From: Trypanosoma brucei
Taxonomy: Eukaryota
Assembly (NCBI GenBank): GCA_000002445.1
Contig: CH464491.1
Span: forward strand, 3,456,001-3,520,000
DNA: 64,000 nt
Direction: 5' to 3'
The notes under the pieces are model-generated. The model did not search any database. It saw only the letters and a program-made list of their open reading frames with translations, and was not told where the DNA came from. A program made the translations under genes and the position numbers. Below are positions 34,409 to 47,354 of the stretch, one piece after another (position 1 is the first letter of the stretch; each line of letters opens with the position of its first letter).

Positions 34409-34986
34409 TTTCTCGTTTATCTTACAATTTTCTGCGTTGGTTGCTTTCAGAGTATATTTGTGCAGGTACCTGTGGAAATAGGTGACCTTCTGCTCACTTA
34501 ACTTCTTTTTTTCTTTTCGCTTATTTTATGCTCTCCGTCCACCACGTCGGAAAAGGATGTGTATTTATTCGAATTGATGTCGCTACAAGTATCCTACTCC
34601 GGAAAAATTGTTTATCGAGGCAACAGTGCAGCAATGAAGAACAGAGGGGGATATATATATTTACATGCATAAGGGAGGTTGAAGCGAGTAAGGTCCGTGT
34701 GCAAGGGGGACCATAAGTTCTTAAAGTGCAGTTAATATATTATCTGTTCCCTTTTCTCATGCACCAACATTACACCATTAATGGGCACCGTGAAGAAATG
34801 CGCCGATGACACTGTATGTACAAGCGGTGATGGCGGGATGGTCAGGGGCTGAGATTACACAATCATGTTGACGACAGTCTTGCACAAAAAACACAAGCTT
34901 GTTCCTCTCTTTTCATCATCTCAAGACAATTCATCCATTTTGCTTCCTTACGTGCTCGCAATCCTTTCCACACGGCTGACCACCCC

Positions 34987-35730
34987 TCAAAACCACACTA
35001 CCGGGCCGAGTCCCGTTCCCACAAAACTGCCGTACACCTCCATCGGCCACTTCTCCACCTGTGGTTCCCTTCCCGAGTCTTTGAGACCACCAGTTGCACT
35101 GCGGGTGCCGTCAGCATTACCCATCGCATTGGAAGTCGAGCCTCTCGCCCCTTCTGCGCGATGCAGGTCCACAGGATCCCGCACAATAACGCGATCCACA
35201 CGTACAACCACTTCATCACCCTTCTCGTAGGGATTAACTGCATCCTCATCGGTGCCATCATCAACGCGAAGCATCCAACATTGATTCCCCTCGTCAAAGA
35301 AGGACGGTGCAATGAGCTGGTCACCCGGCACAAAGAACACGAACTGAAAAAAATCCAAAGAAAGAAATATACCTTCACGTGTCTGCGCGCCAATCGTTGC
35401 CCGCACACGGGCCCCTGGTGTAGGCGAGAAAACACACACACGGAACTGCACCGTAAACCAAGCAGACGCGGAGGAACCGCGCACGATACCGGATGTATAG
35501 TGCGCCACCTCATGGATAGCCACACATAAGCCAAGGGAGGGGACAATTCTCCCCACATACCGCTCCGTCAGCCGGTGCATCAGAATATCATCAACCGTGC
35601 ACTGATAAGCCTGTGCGTCAGGGGACCCCTCTCCGGTGGTATTGCGCTGTCTTTTGACTTCCCCATCGGGTAAATACACTGGCTCCACCTCTACTACATC
35701 TCGCATCGCGTAACTGTGGAAAAGGCTCAT
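34987..35730 (-). CDS. Rpb7/Rpc25/Rpa43-family RNA polymerase subunit-like protein
   Basis: The pattern ...LMHRLTERYVGRIVPSLGLCVAIHEV...AWFTVQFRVCVFSPTPGARVRATI...EGIFLSLDFFQFVFFVP...KGDEVVVRVDRV matches the SHS2 plus S1-like layout of Rpb7-type subunits (G-x-I-x-CV-x-D...F-x-V-x-Y/F-R-A-x-VF-x-P). Which polymerase it belongs to cannot be told from sequence alone. Confidence 0.5.
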   Translation of the reverse strand: MSLFHSYAMRDVVEVEPVYLPDGEVKRQRNTTGEGSPDAQAYQCTVDDILMHRLTERYVGRIVPSLGLCVAIHEVAHYTSGIVRGSSASAWFTVQFRVCVFSPTPGARVRATIGAQTREGIFLSLDFFQFVFFVPGDQLIAPSFFDEGNQCWMLRVDDGTDEDAVNPYEKGDEVVVRVDRVIVRDPVDLHRAEGARGSTSNAMGNADGTRSATGGLKDSGREPQVEKWPMEVYGSFVGTGLGPVVWF

Positions 35731-37157
35731 TCCAACTCCTTCTGCACCTTACACGCTTTTACTTATACAAGTAATCACTCTGCTTCGTATTCGTCCGTTC
35801 CCTTTCTCCGTTTCGCTTTGTTCCTCCCGCTTCCCGCTCCTACAAGTAGATATGTGCACAGCAGCACACATGTATGAGGGAGAACCACGGGGGCAAACAA
35901 GGCTGCTTGCGTGCGGTTACTTCTCGCTACCTTCTAACCGTTTCCGGGTTGGCACAAGAAGCTAAACACCGATGCCAACAACGGTAAACAACGGAAGAAA
36001 GAATGGGAAAAGTGTCATGTAAGTTGCTTCAGTAAGGGATGACTAAACAGCCCGAAGAGTGAGAGTCCCGCCGGGGTTATAAAACCGCCTTTTTACCCAC
36101 CTAAAACCGACAACAGAACTTCTGTCATGTAACTGCATCAAATTGAGGCGGACACGACCCTAGAGAAGGGGTGGTTATTGATTCCTTCGGTTTATTTCCC
36201 TTAAACAATCAAACAAAAATAAAAAGTTCCGTGTCATGTTATCTTTAACTTCCTTGGCGTTATTTTATTTTATTTTTTTGACCGTAAATGCACGTCCGTT
36301 TCACCCTCCAGAACAGTGTGTAGTGTTCGGAAAGAAGGGAACTAATAGAAGTAGAAAGGAGGGCGTAGTGGTGATGATGATGAGGCGGCGAATAAGAACA
36401 ATAGCCAAGTAAAAGAAAGTGTTGAGAGGCGTGGCATAATTAGTGAGAATAACATAGAGCTACACACGACTCAAAGGGAGGATACCACCGCAGCATATGT
36501 CAGACAGACCTGAGAGATGTGTGTGCGTGTGTGGGTTTGGTAAAGATGCCCTCCTTTTGGGTGATGCAGTATGTCGCGAACACCTTCATCCTTTTCCCTT
36601 TCTTTGCAACCTCCCCGATCCGTCACTCACATGTAAATATGCATATGTGGTTGGTTGCATACGCTCATTTCCTCTCTGTCTCATTTTCACACTACAAATG
36701 TCTCACCCTAACGCACCCTTTTTCTTCCCATGCCTCTTTTTCTTTACAACTTCACCGTAGCTCATATACACACATATATATGTATGTATATACATGCGGA
36801 TGTGTGAACGAATATGTTGGACGCCTTCTCTCCTGTTGGCATGGGGACAAGTCACTTCCAGAGCTCATCAGAGTTTGAAACAGTGACGAAGTGTCTCGAA
36901 GAAACACGAAAGAGGTACTTTGCTTACTCGAAGACAACCTTCATTTACCACTGGGAAAGTGTCGGGCCGTGACAGGGTCGGGCATCACCAAAAAAAATTC
37001 GAAGAAGCGGAGTTTCCCTCCACCCCGCTTCCCTCTTCTTTCTCCTCTCATAGCACCTCCCCAACGCATTCTTCCAACCTCACAGATTCATTTCTTTTAT
37101 TTTTTTGTTGCTTTTCTCACATGGCTTTCAAACTGGTGTCCCAGGAAAAAAAAAAAG

Positions 37158-37185
37158 GTGCAGAGAGAGAGAGAGAGAGAGAGAG
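37158..37185. repeat. (GA)n microsatellite
   Basis: agagagagagagagagagagagagagag lies immediately upstream of the eIF2-gamma region on the array strand. Confidence 0.9.
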
Positions 37186-37420
37186 AGCAAAAATAAGTGT
37201 GAGGAGAAAAAGGCAGCGACGCGTGAAAAACAAACAAAAGCACAATCGCGCCTTTGGATTGGAGAAGAATACGTAGAGCTATGTTTGCGTATAAAATTCA
37301 ATGCCCCTTCCCTATTTTATTCCCTTTGCTTTCCTCCGTTCCTCCCCCCTGCTGCACAACCTCTGCCTTCTCACCCAACTAAGCTCAACTCCCGCTCACT
37401 CACGGGATTGTAATCGCACT

Positions 37421-38854
37421 TTAATTCAGTTTCACTGGCACTCCACGGCGGATGGTGCCCCACCCAATCAGACGGAAGTTCTTTTCTACCAGACGTGAAA
37501 TTGCGATCTGCTCATCCATAGTGCAGCACACCGGCGTAACTAGAGTGAGCTTCGCAATATCGGGACTCTTTGTAATGCTTACTACTGTGGCCCCCGCCGT
37601 CAGGGTGCCCACATTGATCTGAAGTGTCTCCTGCACATTCAACTTCTGCACGCGCTTCGCGTTGCGATCTCGCTGCTTACTCTGGCCAACCATCTCGGAG
37701 AATAAATAATATTGCACCTCAATCTCCGCGTACACCTGCGGCAACGAACCTTCCTCTCCAATCATATGTCCAACCATTTTGTCCTGACGCGTCAGTGTGG
37801 GGTCAAGCGTGGTCCCCACGGCGATAAGACCACCTGGTATTGCGTATTGCAGCGAGTTGTCCTCTGCCTTTAACGTTAACGCCCGGGTTCGCAGAGGTGT
37901 ACAGCTGAATGTTCCTCCCGTTTGTGTGTGCACCTGTCCTGGCCGAATCTCAACAATTTGATTCACACGAAGAACACCTTGAATCACGGTACCCCCTGCC
38001 ACACCGCCTCGCAGAGTCTCTATATCCACCTCACCCGGCTTGTTAATGTCGAAGGAGCGCACCACCGTCATCCGTGCGGGACAATTAAGCTGACGCGTGG
38101 GAAGGGGCATACGGCACAGGTACTCCAGCAAATAATCCACATTGCGCTTCAGTTGTGCGGATATGGGAATGATAGGAGCACTGAGCCCAATGGTGCTGTC
38201 AATGTAGTCGCGTATCTTATGGTACTGATCCTGTGCGTGGACTTCTCCAACAAGGTCAATTTTGTTTTGAAGGATAATCAGGTTTCGCAGCTTCATAATC
38301 TCAACTGCTTTGAGGTGCTCAAGTGTCTGCGGCTGTGGGAATGGCTCATTTGCGGCAATGAGTAGGAGCGCAGCGTCCATGATGGCGGCACCGTTAAGCA
38401 TTGTCGCCATCAGCACGTCGTGTCCTGGACAGTCAACGAAGGAGAAGTGGCGTTTCAGCGTCAGCGGGGCTCCACAGGTTGGGCAGCCAGTTTTGTCCGG
38501 CTGCGAGGAGGGGAAGGCATGATAGGCAGCGGGAACGGGGCATGAGTCACAGCGGAACACCTTTGCGTTGGCATAGCCAAGGTGAATTGTGATATTCATC
38601 ACAGCCTCGCGGTGGTACTTCTGAGTCTTGACTCCGCTGAGCGCCTTCACAACGGTTGACTTACCGTGAGCGACGTGACCGATTGTACCGATGTTAATTG
38701 TGGCCTGACGCGACATCACTTCAAAGGTCTCCACGCTCATCTTATCGAGATCCATCGCCGAGAGGTTCTGCGCAGCGAGCCCGCAGTCGCGTGTCGGGTC
38801 GCTAGAGAGCGTCGTCTCATCGATTGTAAAGTCGGCAATGTCATTCTCGCTCAT
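37421..38854 (-). CDS. EIF2G: Eukaryotic translation initiation factor 2 gamma subunit
   Basis: GTPase motifs G1 GTIGHVAHGKST, G3 DCPGHDVLM and G4 NKIDLV are present. The zinc-ribbon CDSCPVP...CPTCG and downstream beta-barrel domains II/III follow. The N-terminal extension is typical of kinetoplastid eIF2-gamma. Confidence 0.9.
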   Translation of the reverse strand: MSENDIADFTIDETTLSSDPTRDCGLAAQNLSAMDLDKMSVETFEVMSRQATINIGTIGHVAHGKSTVVKALSGVKTQKYHREAVMNITIHLGYANAKVFRCDSCPVPAAYHAFPSSQPDKTGCPTCGAPLTLKRHFSFVDCPGHDVLMATMLNGAAIMDAALLLIAANEPFPQPQTLEHLKAVEIMKLRNLIILQNKIDLVGEVHAQDQYHKIRDYIDSTIGLSAPIIPISAQLKRNVDYLLEYLCRMPLPTRQLNCPARMTVVRSFDINKPGEVDIETLRGGVAGGTVIQGVLRVNQIVEIRPGQVHTQTGGTFSCTPLRTRALTLKAEDNSLQYAIPGGLIAVGTTLDPTLTRQDKMVGHMIGEEGSLPQVYAEIEVQYYLFSEMVGQSKQRDRNAKRVQKLNVQETLQINVGTLTAGATVVSITKSPDIAKLTLVTPVCCTMDEQIAISRLVEKNFRLIGWGTIRRGVPVKLN

Positions 38855-40021
38855 CTGCGCAGTTACAGCGTGTTGTTAATTCTTAAAACTGTTATCCTTC
38901 TCCCTTACCTTATATACTTTTCTTTCTCTTTCTTTACCTTACTTTACTTTTCCCCCTTATTATTATTATTATTTGTTTGATCTTACTGAAGTTGTGGTGG
39001 GACGTGAAAAGGAATGAAGGAAGGAAAGGGGAGAAGTGGTAGGAAAGGTAGTGTTATACCGTGCCAAAAATGAAGAAGAAAAATAAAAAAAGACCCCAGT
39101 AGCACCAGTCACGAAAGCACGCTTCGTGCCGTTGCTGTTCACTCTTTTCTCATGCTTGTACTTTCTTCACTTTTCGCCTATTTATCGGAGTAACGTTTAC
39201 AGTGTTTGATTTCCGTCTCCCTCTTCGTCCTCCCCGCCGTCCACTTTGCATGCTATTTTCTGTAACAAGCCAAGGACAGAAGGACGTCTGGGAGTGGTGC
39301 GCGTTCTTTCTGTTCGCTCGTTTGCCACCGTGGAGACCTCCCCATTGGAATGGTGAAAACGAAGGCAATAAATAAATTAAATAAATACAAGCAAATAAAT
39401 AAGATATAAGTTCCCCTTCTTCATCACTTCCCTCTACGTGAACAAACACGAATTATTTATAAACCCGTCTCACTCACTATTCGACCCACGCGGTGCAGAA
39501 TAAATAAAAGCACACACACAGACGGTGAACTCAAAGAGAGAAAAGTTTGCAGATGGAGCTGTGTCGCTACTATGGACACGACCTGATGCAAATAGGCAAT
39601 ACGATGTTAACGGTAATGGTTATAAAATAATCTCTAACATAGTAATAATAATGAGGACGGCAGTAGTAGTAATAACAAGTATAATAACTCCCAACGTTTA
39701 AGCAAGGCACTGAAGGTTGATAACATGAACAAATAACAAAACAAAGTAGAATATTTGGTTAATCACCCATGTCAACGACATGATGAAGATAAGTTAGCGA
39801 CTGGAATCGCGCACACACCACTGACCTGGAAAGGAAAGAAGGGAATGGAAGGGACGAGCGAGGGCGCGCCCGAGTCCGCCTAACAGCGAATAGAGGCTCA
39901 CGATGCGTTGCCCGTCATGTTAACTTTCCGACCCACTTTCCTGCTGCTCGTTTTCTCTCTCTCTCTCTCTCTCCTGTTTTTTCTTTATTTCTTTCCTCTT
40001 TACCTCTGCCATTCATATTGG

Positions 40022-41098
40022 TCACATCTTCAAGAGACGAAACATCTGGCGGACACTTATCCCGCTAGCTGGAACCTCCCCGCTTCCTGTTGTGGCATTT
40101 TCACTGGTATACCTTCCCTTACTGTTGTTGAGAATATCCACCAGTGTCCGAAGGTTGCCTTCAGCACTCTGCAACCCCGCCTCAAAGGCTCGCACAACCA
40201 TCCAGCGAATAACAACTGCCACATCCCCTGGCGCAGTTAGCTGTTCTCCTTTCTGAATTTGTGTTAAAAGCCCCTTCACGCAAGTTTCGTCGCCGGCGTT
40301 CATTCGCCGAACAGTGTCGGTAATGCGGCGCATTGTGTGAAGTTCCTTCTGCGCGTTCTCAAGTATTCGCTCCTCCGCTATACCACCTGTAACCACACAC
40401 CGCTTTAGGGAGTTAACAATATGCTCCACGGTGGGTACGAGAGCGGTAATCTCTCTGTTGAACTGCTCCACCTGTACGCTTATAGTTTTCCCTTCCGCTT
40501 CATCGCGCTGGTCGCCCATCTCTCTCCGAATCTCCTCTGTTCGCTTCTCCAGTTCCGTGCAAACGCGCTCGTACTCCTTCACAAGTCGGTTATTATCAGC
40601 AGCCAATCCGTCACACTCCCTCTTGTAGTTGATCGGCTTCCCGGTGTCGTCAGTTGCGACAACTGTGGCATCGCTAAGTTTCTCTTTCATTAGTTCCAGT
40701 TCCGCACTCCGTTCTGCGAGGGTTTCGTGAAGGCCAGAGACCTTCGCCCGCTCATCCGTAAGTTCGCGTGTAAGTTTATTTATTTCAAAGAGCATTCCCT
40801 CGTTTTCTTCTAGCAACCTCCTCGTAATATCATCCAAGTTGGGACGGGGAATGGGACTGCTCCCACCACTGCGGCTCGATAGCGATTGACTTAACTCTGT
40901 GGATTCACTTAAATTTCGCCCCAAAGGTGTGTGCCGTCTGTCACTTAGCGACATGCCGCTTTTTAAATTAGTGGTACTACCGTTATTATTGTTGCCTTCT
41001 TTACAAATAAATAAATAAGGGTGCATACTTATCCCCACGCCAGGTTGCGAGAATCGATTGAGCGTCGGCCTCACGGAGTCGCTATGGGCAGCAGCCAC
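40022..41098 (-). CDS. Hypothetical coiled-coil protein (358 aa)
   Basis: Long charged heptad region (LEENEGMLFEINKLTRELTDERAKVSGLHETLAERSAELELMKEKL...). Co-oriented with the array. Confidence 0.45.
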   Translation of the reverse strand: MAAAHSDSVRPTLNRFSQPGVGISMHPYLFICKEGNNNNGSTTNLKSGMSLSDRRHTPLGRNLSESTELSQSLSSRSGGSSPIPRPNLDDITRRLLEENEGMLFEINKLTRELTDERAKVSGLHETLAERSAELELMKEKLSDATVVATDDTGKPINYKRECDGLAADNNRLVKEYERVCTELEKRTEEIRREMGDQRDEAEGKTISVQVEQFNREITALVPTVEHIVNSLKRCVVTGGIAEERILENAQKELHTMRRITDTVRRMNAGDETCVKGLLTQIQKGEQLTAPGDVAVVIRWMVVRAFEAGLQSAEGNLRTLVDILNNSKGRYTSENATTGSGEVPASGISVRQMFRLLKM

Positions 41099-41141
41099 AC
41101 TTTCCGCAGCGTATGGAGAAAAAAAACGTATGTGAATGTGC

Positions 41142-41176
<35 letters not shown>

Positions 41177-43105
41177 GTGTGTGTTGCCGTTGGCACGGTA
41201 AATAGAGACGGGATATGAGAAAGAGGAGCGAAGAATATATATATCAATATAGTGATTCATGCAAATATTTCGCACACACACAAATATATATATATATATA
41301 GACAATTATGCACGTAGCTAAACACATAAAAATAACCCACCGTAAGTGGCTTCGCCAAGTATAGAAGAAATGACAGGAGGGAAAAGACACTTTCCCATTC
41401 AAGCGCACAGAGAGGCATGAAAACAAATGTATACATTCATTTACCCCTAAATATATGAATGAATGAATGAACGAATAAATAAATGTATATTCTGATGTTC
41501 TTGAAGCATCTTCTCCTCATCCTGCCGTTTACCTTTTACATTTATTTACTTAAAAACAAAGAAAGGTAAGAAAAAAAAAAGGAAAATAAAATCCAACCAC
41601 CCTCATTTACATCCCCTTCTCACTTTTTCTCCCCGTCCTTTCTTTCATAATGGCACTTACCAGACATTTCTGCCCACCCCCCATCGGGAGAAATAATGAA
41701 ATGAAAAGATCACCAAAGAAAAACAAAACTCCGAAATAAATAAATAAACACACACACACACACACACATACGCAGAGAGGGAGACACAGACATCCGAACA
41801 GAGAGAAATATATAGGAAAAAGAAACACAACAACAACAACAAAGAAACAAAAAAAAATGCTGATAATACTGATTATGACGACGAATGCGAATGGGAGTGG
41901 CGGCTCCGCATCCCCACAGATTTCCCTCCTTTATTCACCCAATACGTAACTACCGTTGGAAAGGTAAATATAGGTAAATATATAAATAAATATAAGTGTA
42001 AATATATACATAAATATATATTCGTGTGTACGCGCGTGTGTCTGAAACCAGACAAACCAAACGGAAACACACAACATCAAAAGCAGAGTAATAATGAACT
42101 AATGCACCCGTCCACCCACACGGAGTGTTACCTTGAAGAGATGGCAATTGCGCGCAACGCACGAAACGGAACAGAAATACCCCTCCTCCCCCCTTACCAA
42201 TAATAATAATAATAATAATGGTAGTAATAACAAACAAATTAGATACTGCCTCGAGGTTTGCTTGAATGTAAACATCAAATGACACGGAAATCAATCAAAA
42301 CGATCGGATGATATGTCAAACGTCCCTTTCTTTCATTCACTGCTTAATTTTCCCCTCCAGTTCTCTAATACAATATCTTATTTCACTTTTCCGGGAGGAG
42401 TGCGAGGTATTTCAGAGTCCAACCTTATTACTTTCTTCCCCTGTGCTCCCCTCTCTCTTTTAGCTTATTTAACTTTATTTAACACTAATACTAATATTAC
42501 AAACATTAATTTTTCTTTTTTTTAAAAAAAAATTTAAATTACCAGTGGGAGTAAATAAATATTTTCCTTTGCCCTCATATTTTCCCTAAATCAGTTTATT
42601 CATTTCTGAAATATCCGTCAACCACCCTCGGTCAACACTCCCCGAAACAAAGTTGAACAATCGGACGAAATTAATACTACAAGAAGCAACGAAAACAAAA
42701 CAAAACGAAAGCCATGCGGCAAATCTTCTGCTCGAGAAATATATTGCCACCTCAACACGCATTTTAGATATTTTTTGTATATCCAAATATTCCGCGTTTT
42801 CCTTCAATGTAGTTTTTCGTCTGCTCACCTCCTTCCACTTTTCTTTGGAGTAAATCTCCCGCTTATTTGCATTCGATTATTTATTTATTGACTCATTTTT
42901 TGTTTTGTTTGATATGTACTTTATTGTTTCTCATTCATGAGAGTGGGGAGATCTGCGGGAATGTTCTCGTCATCATCATCATCAATTTGATTTCTTTTAT
43001 TTCTTCGTTTTTTTTTCTTATCTTCTCCCTCCATTGTTCTCTTTTCTCTTTTTTCTTTTTCCCTCCCCTTTAAGCAGCAACACAAACGAAAGGTGTCCAC
43101 ACACT

Positions 43106-43130
43106 CTCCTATCCACTCACTCACTCACTC
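43106..43130. repeat. (CACT)n microsatellite
   Basis: cactcactcactcactcactcac. Confidence 0.85.
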
Positions 43131-44378
43131 ACTCACACGCATAAATAATTACATATGAACACACAAGCGCTTCATGAGGGTTTTCAAAAAAAAAAAAAAG
43201 AAAAAGAAAAGACACACCTTTATTTTCTGCACTCGGATTCATTTCAGTCTTTTCCCCCTTTTTTTCTTATTCATTTCTCTCTCCCCATCCCTCTTTCCTT
43301 CCATGTTGGTGTTTTTGCATTTATTGTGCATCGCTTAAATCCATTCCCTGTTTTTTTTTCTTTCTTCATTTTCATTTTTTTCTTTAAACACTTCGTTTTA
43401 TTTGTTTAAATAATTATACCTATGATATGTCGGAGGTGGTTGGGAGGGCTCTACAGCACCACCAGATGTGAAGCGAGTGAAAACAGCGGGGAAAACAAAC
43501 AAACAAAAGATAATCGGAGAGATGAGTACAACTGATGCATCGCGCAAATATTCAAAACATTCCCTCTTTTTTTTTTCTGCGCTAAGCCACCAGTGTTATG
43601 CAGCGCCAAATGCCACTAAATCAACGAGAACCGAGAGAAAAAATGAATAGAAAAATAACTAAACAATAATAATAATAATATGCATCGAGTCGAGAAATGC
43701 ACGTATGCTTACATACATACATACATACACACATATGAATATTTATTTATAGAAACAAAAATAACTTCTGCTGTTACTTTTTACCGCTATCACTTTCCTC
43801 CTCTCCTCCTCTCACTTACTCTCTCTCTCTCTATTTCACTTTGTTGTTGCGCCTCACACATGCCACTCCATCTTATCTTTGCTTTTTCTTTTTCTCTCCC
43901 TTTGTTTACCTTATTTTATGTTTTTTTGCATTGTTCCCAACAACCCCCTCTTCTTTCTTTCGTTTTGTTTTTTTTTTAATTGCTCCGCATTGTGAGCCTA
44001 CTCATGATCTCCATCATTCCACATTCCTCGTTCGTGTTCTAGTCGTTGCTATTACACATCACTTGAAAGGTTCTGGTAGACAACCATAAGCGCGGTTAAA
44101 TACTCAAAAAAGCACACAGTAATACGATCACAACCTCACATAGCTCACATGAATTGGCACAAAGGAGGGACAAAACCAATTAAAATCATACGACTATATA
44201 TACATGTATACATGTATATATCGCACAAGTTAACTAAATATGATATATTTGAACATATGTAACACGTGGGTGGTGGTTGTGGTGGTGTGTGGGACATCTC
44301 CGCTTTTTTTTTTATGAAGTATTATGTACATCATTATCGATTTTCTTCTCTCTTTTCTTTTCTTTTTTTTTTTCATTT

Positions 44379-45443
44379 TTAAATTTTGAAGGATGGTCTT
44401 ACTCCCCGTGCTGTTGATACTGTCCTCGAGCCGCTAAGCTCCAGACGCTTTTCCCACTGCTCGCGAAGGCCATCCAACTTGTACTGCCGGTCTCGCTCCA
44501 TTTGCATTCTTCGACGCCGTGCCATTGCCAAGCGGCTCTCCGTCACTGTTCGATGCTGCACAACTTTGTTAACCTTTTCATTTTCCAACTTTACATATCG
44601 GTTAAGTGCAGCTTTTTCTTTCTTTAATTCCTCAGTGACCAAAACTTCTTCTCCTTGCGCTGCTTGTACGCTGGCACGATCCCTCACATCCCTGCGTCTA
44701 AACTCCCGCTCCATCAAATAGTCGAGCATAAGTTTCCTTCCCGCAGAGCTTTGCCTCGTTGATCCCACTGAGAGGCTGCGACGTGTGCCGGAAGCCCGCA
44801 AGTTGGACAATATGGCCTCAAAGCGCAACTGCGTCACAATGTCAATGTTTTGATTGCTCGGCCGTGTGCTGGACTTCCCGCCGGATGGCAGACTTGTGAC
44901 AGATGACCGCATTCGAGGGTTTGCTCTGCTTCCACTACGTCCTCCATCATTCCTTTCGCTCTGGCCATTAATATATTCACCATCATATGAATAACCCGAA
45001 CAGCCTTGATGATCCACAGTGCGGACGCTGGAAAGTATGGGCGAGGCGTCACCAGTTACAAGTCCATGCGCGTCATCTTCTCCATGAAACACACAGTCGC
45101 TCCCGTGGGATCCGGCGTCATGTGATTCAGCAGTGGATTTAGCATACCCGTTGCTGTGCACACACACATCCAAATCATTTCCGGGGTTCATTTTCCTTCC
45201 TCTCGTCTCCTTTTTCCTTTTATCCTTCGAGACGGCACGCCGCGTACCAGCCCTGAGTTTCCGACTTTCACAACGGTATTCCTTGAAATACGGTGTGATG
45301 AGCGCTAAGGACACGGCAAGCGCCCGAAGAAATGTACGGGCGCACTCGTATGGGGAGAAAATGGTGTAGATGGTGCTTTGTATGAAACTTGGAAACTCTC
45401 TTTCCTCAATCTCAATTTTTCTTTTATTCAAATGAGTAAACAA
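44379..45443 (-). CDS. Hypothetical low-complexity protein (354 aa)
   Basis: Long ORF in the array orientation. Ser/Arg-rich with a C-terminal charged helical region. No recognisable domain. Confidence 0.35.
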   Translation of the reverse strand: MFTHLNKRKIEIEEREFPSFIQSTIYTIFSPYECARTFLRALAVSLALITPYFKEYRCESRKLRAGTRRAVSKDKRKKETRGRKMNPGNDLDVCVHSNGYAKSTAESHDAGSHGSDCVFHGEDDAHGLVTGDASPILSSVRTVDHQGCSGYSYDGEYINGQSERNDGGRSGSRANPRMRSSVTSLPSGGKSSTRPSNQNIDIVTQLRFEAILSNLRASGTRRSLSVGSTRQSSAGRKLMLDYLMEREFRRRDVRDRASVQAAQGEEVLVTEELKKEKAALNRYVKLENEKVNKVVQHRTVTESRLAMARRRRMQMERDRQYKLDGLREQWEKRLELSGSRTVSTARGVRPSFKI

Positions 45444-46604
45444 AAAAAAATTGAGACTGAGCCACCACTAACAGTTTTTGCTTTGCTTTCCTTTCTTTTT
45501 AGTGTGTATGGATGAAGTGCAAACCCACTTAAACAATGGGTACTTGCACTCGATATGGATTAATTCCGATTATATGTATATATATATGTATATTCTGCTA
45601 CTGTATAAATATATTGATTTCCCTTTTCTTCCCTACTTCTTTTCTTTCCCCCCCCAATGTTGCTTTTCTCCTTAATAGCAACAAATGAACACGAGCTACT
45701 CTTTTCGATTTGAAGCAAAAACGACCAGCGACGAGGTAAAAATAAAAATATAAAATATATATATATATCACCTGCTTACTGGAATATGAAAGCCTACAGA
45801 ACTAAGGTTAGCTTCTTTGTTCAAGATAGGTGCGATAACAACAACAACAGCAAGAAAAGAAAACGAAAGAGCGGAAGAAGAAGAAGCATCCAATTTCTCA
45901 TTTTTCCTCTTTTAGTTGCGTCCTTTTCTCGTCACACGTGCACAACAATCAGAGACGAGGAAAAAAACAAAACAAAACAGGATGAGTGGGAGAATATTTC
46001 ACCGTATAGACCCGGGGCAACATCCGAACGTGCCTTACCATTATTTATTCCTCCTACAGGTGCTCTTACGGTGAGGTGAATTGAAAACAACAACGAGAAA
46101 ACAAAACAAAACAAAAATACAGCACGAACCAATCAACAGGGGAAAAAGAAACAGGGGGCCTGGGGGAAAGAAGCAAACAGCCTGCTTCGCGAAAGTACAC
46201 AAATAGATAAACACGCATATGTCTTCTAAGCGCGTGTGTGCGTGCACCTTCGGTTGGTTCCTTGAATAAATGACCGGTGTGAAGCGGAGCGAGAACCAAA
46301 TAACTCCCATTTTTCTAAACCCTACTCTCCCCCCACCTTATCTTTTCCACTCCTCAAAATTTGCCGTCACGGTTGGATAGTTCAGCACACGTCTCAACGT
46401 CCCTCCCCCCACTTTCTCTCTCTTTTTTTTTTTGACAACATTCCCTTCCCCTGTTCCACCAATAAACTTCTTTCGTGCCCACTCCTCTTATCCTACTTGT
46501 CATAAATGCACATGACGCTGACATTCACACCCGTTATCCCGACACGCCCGACATCCTCCTCTCTTTATCCTCCCTTTTTTTCATCACGTTCCAACAAGAT
46601 TATC

Positions 46605-47354
46605 CTACACAGATGTGCGAGCGAAGCCGGTGTTGTAATGCAGAGCTTGTGTGAGGAATCGCTGCAACATAAGAGATTCTGCCACATCAAACTCTACAGT
46701 CCACTCAAATGTCTCATCGCCTTCTTCACCCGCTACTTGTTGCTTTTGTTGGGCGGGCCTCGTTGATGTGCACTTGAGCGTAAATGTGTATGGTGCTGCA
46801 GGATTCGGTGTGAAGGTGGCGTTAGTATAACGTGAGTGAACTTCCACCTTTTCTGAACGCCCCTCCAGCACAGCCAGAAAACGTGCGGTGTAAACCGCTG
46901 GCAACATCACAGAAACAACACGCTCTGCCTTATTACCTTCTTCTGTCAACATACGTGCCTGGCGATGGTAATCAAGGACAACAAATGTATCACGGTGAAG
47001 TACTCGCAATAGATGGCCTCTGCTGATATCTTCATCATTCCAATGGACAACATCAAAAGCAGGCGGGAGTTGGGCGCGGCGAGCCCGTTGTTGTGCGAGT
47101 GAAGGTCGGCGCCACTTTCCTCCAGTTGCTCTGTTGCCTTCGCCGCTACTTCCAACTTCCTTCCCATCAGCATCACTGGAAGAAGCGGCTTCTAGGCGTA
47201 GGGCTGATGTGGCAAAGAGTGCAGCACCCAGTGGTTTCCGAATGAGCGTCGTTTGCTGGCTGATGATACGTCGGAGCATCTCACTTTGCGTCCGAATACG
47301 ATTACAAAAGAAAAAAAAAAGAAAACAACTCACACGAAGGGTTTGGGTGAACAA
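46605..47354 (-). CDS. Hypothetical protein, probable mitochondrial presequence (MLRRIISQQTTLIRKPLGAALFATSALRL)
   Basis: 249-aa ORF. The internal Met gives a classic Arg-rich amphipathic N-terminus. Confidence 0.4.
   Translation of the reverse strand: MFTQTLRVSCFLFFFFCNRIRTQSEMLRRIISQQTTLIRKPLGAALFATSALRLEAASSSDADGKEVGSSGEGNRATGGKWRRPSLAQQRARRAQLPPAFDVVHWNDEDISRGHLLRVLHRDTFVVLDYHRQARMLTEEGNKAERVVSVMLPAVYTARFLAVLEGRSEKVEVHSRYTNATFTPNPAAPYTFTLKCTSTRPAQQKQQVAGEEGDETFEWTVEFDVAESLMLQRFLTQALHYNTGFARTSV

Noticed and set aside
34998-35558. 186-aa alternative-frame ORF overlapping the Rpb7-like gene
   Set aside because: The Rpb7-like frame carries a coherent fold signature. The alternative frame is Cys/Arg/Trp-rich with no motif.
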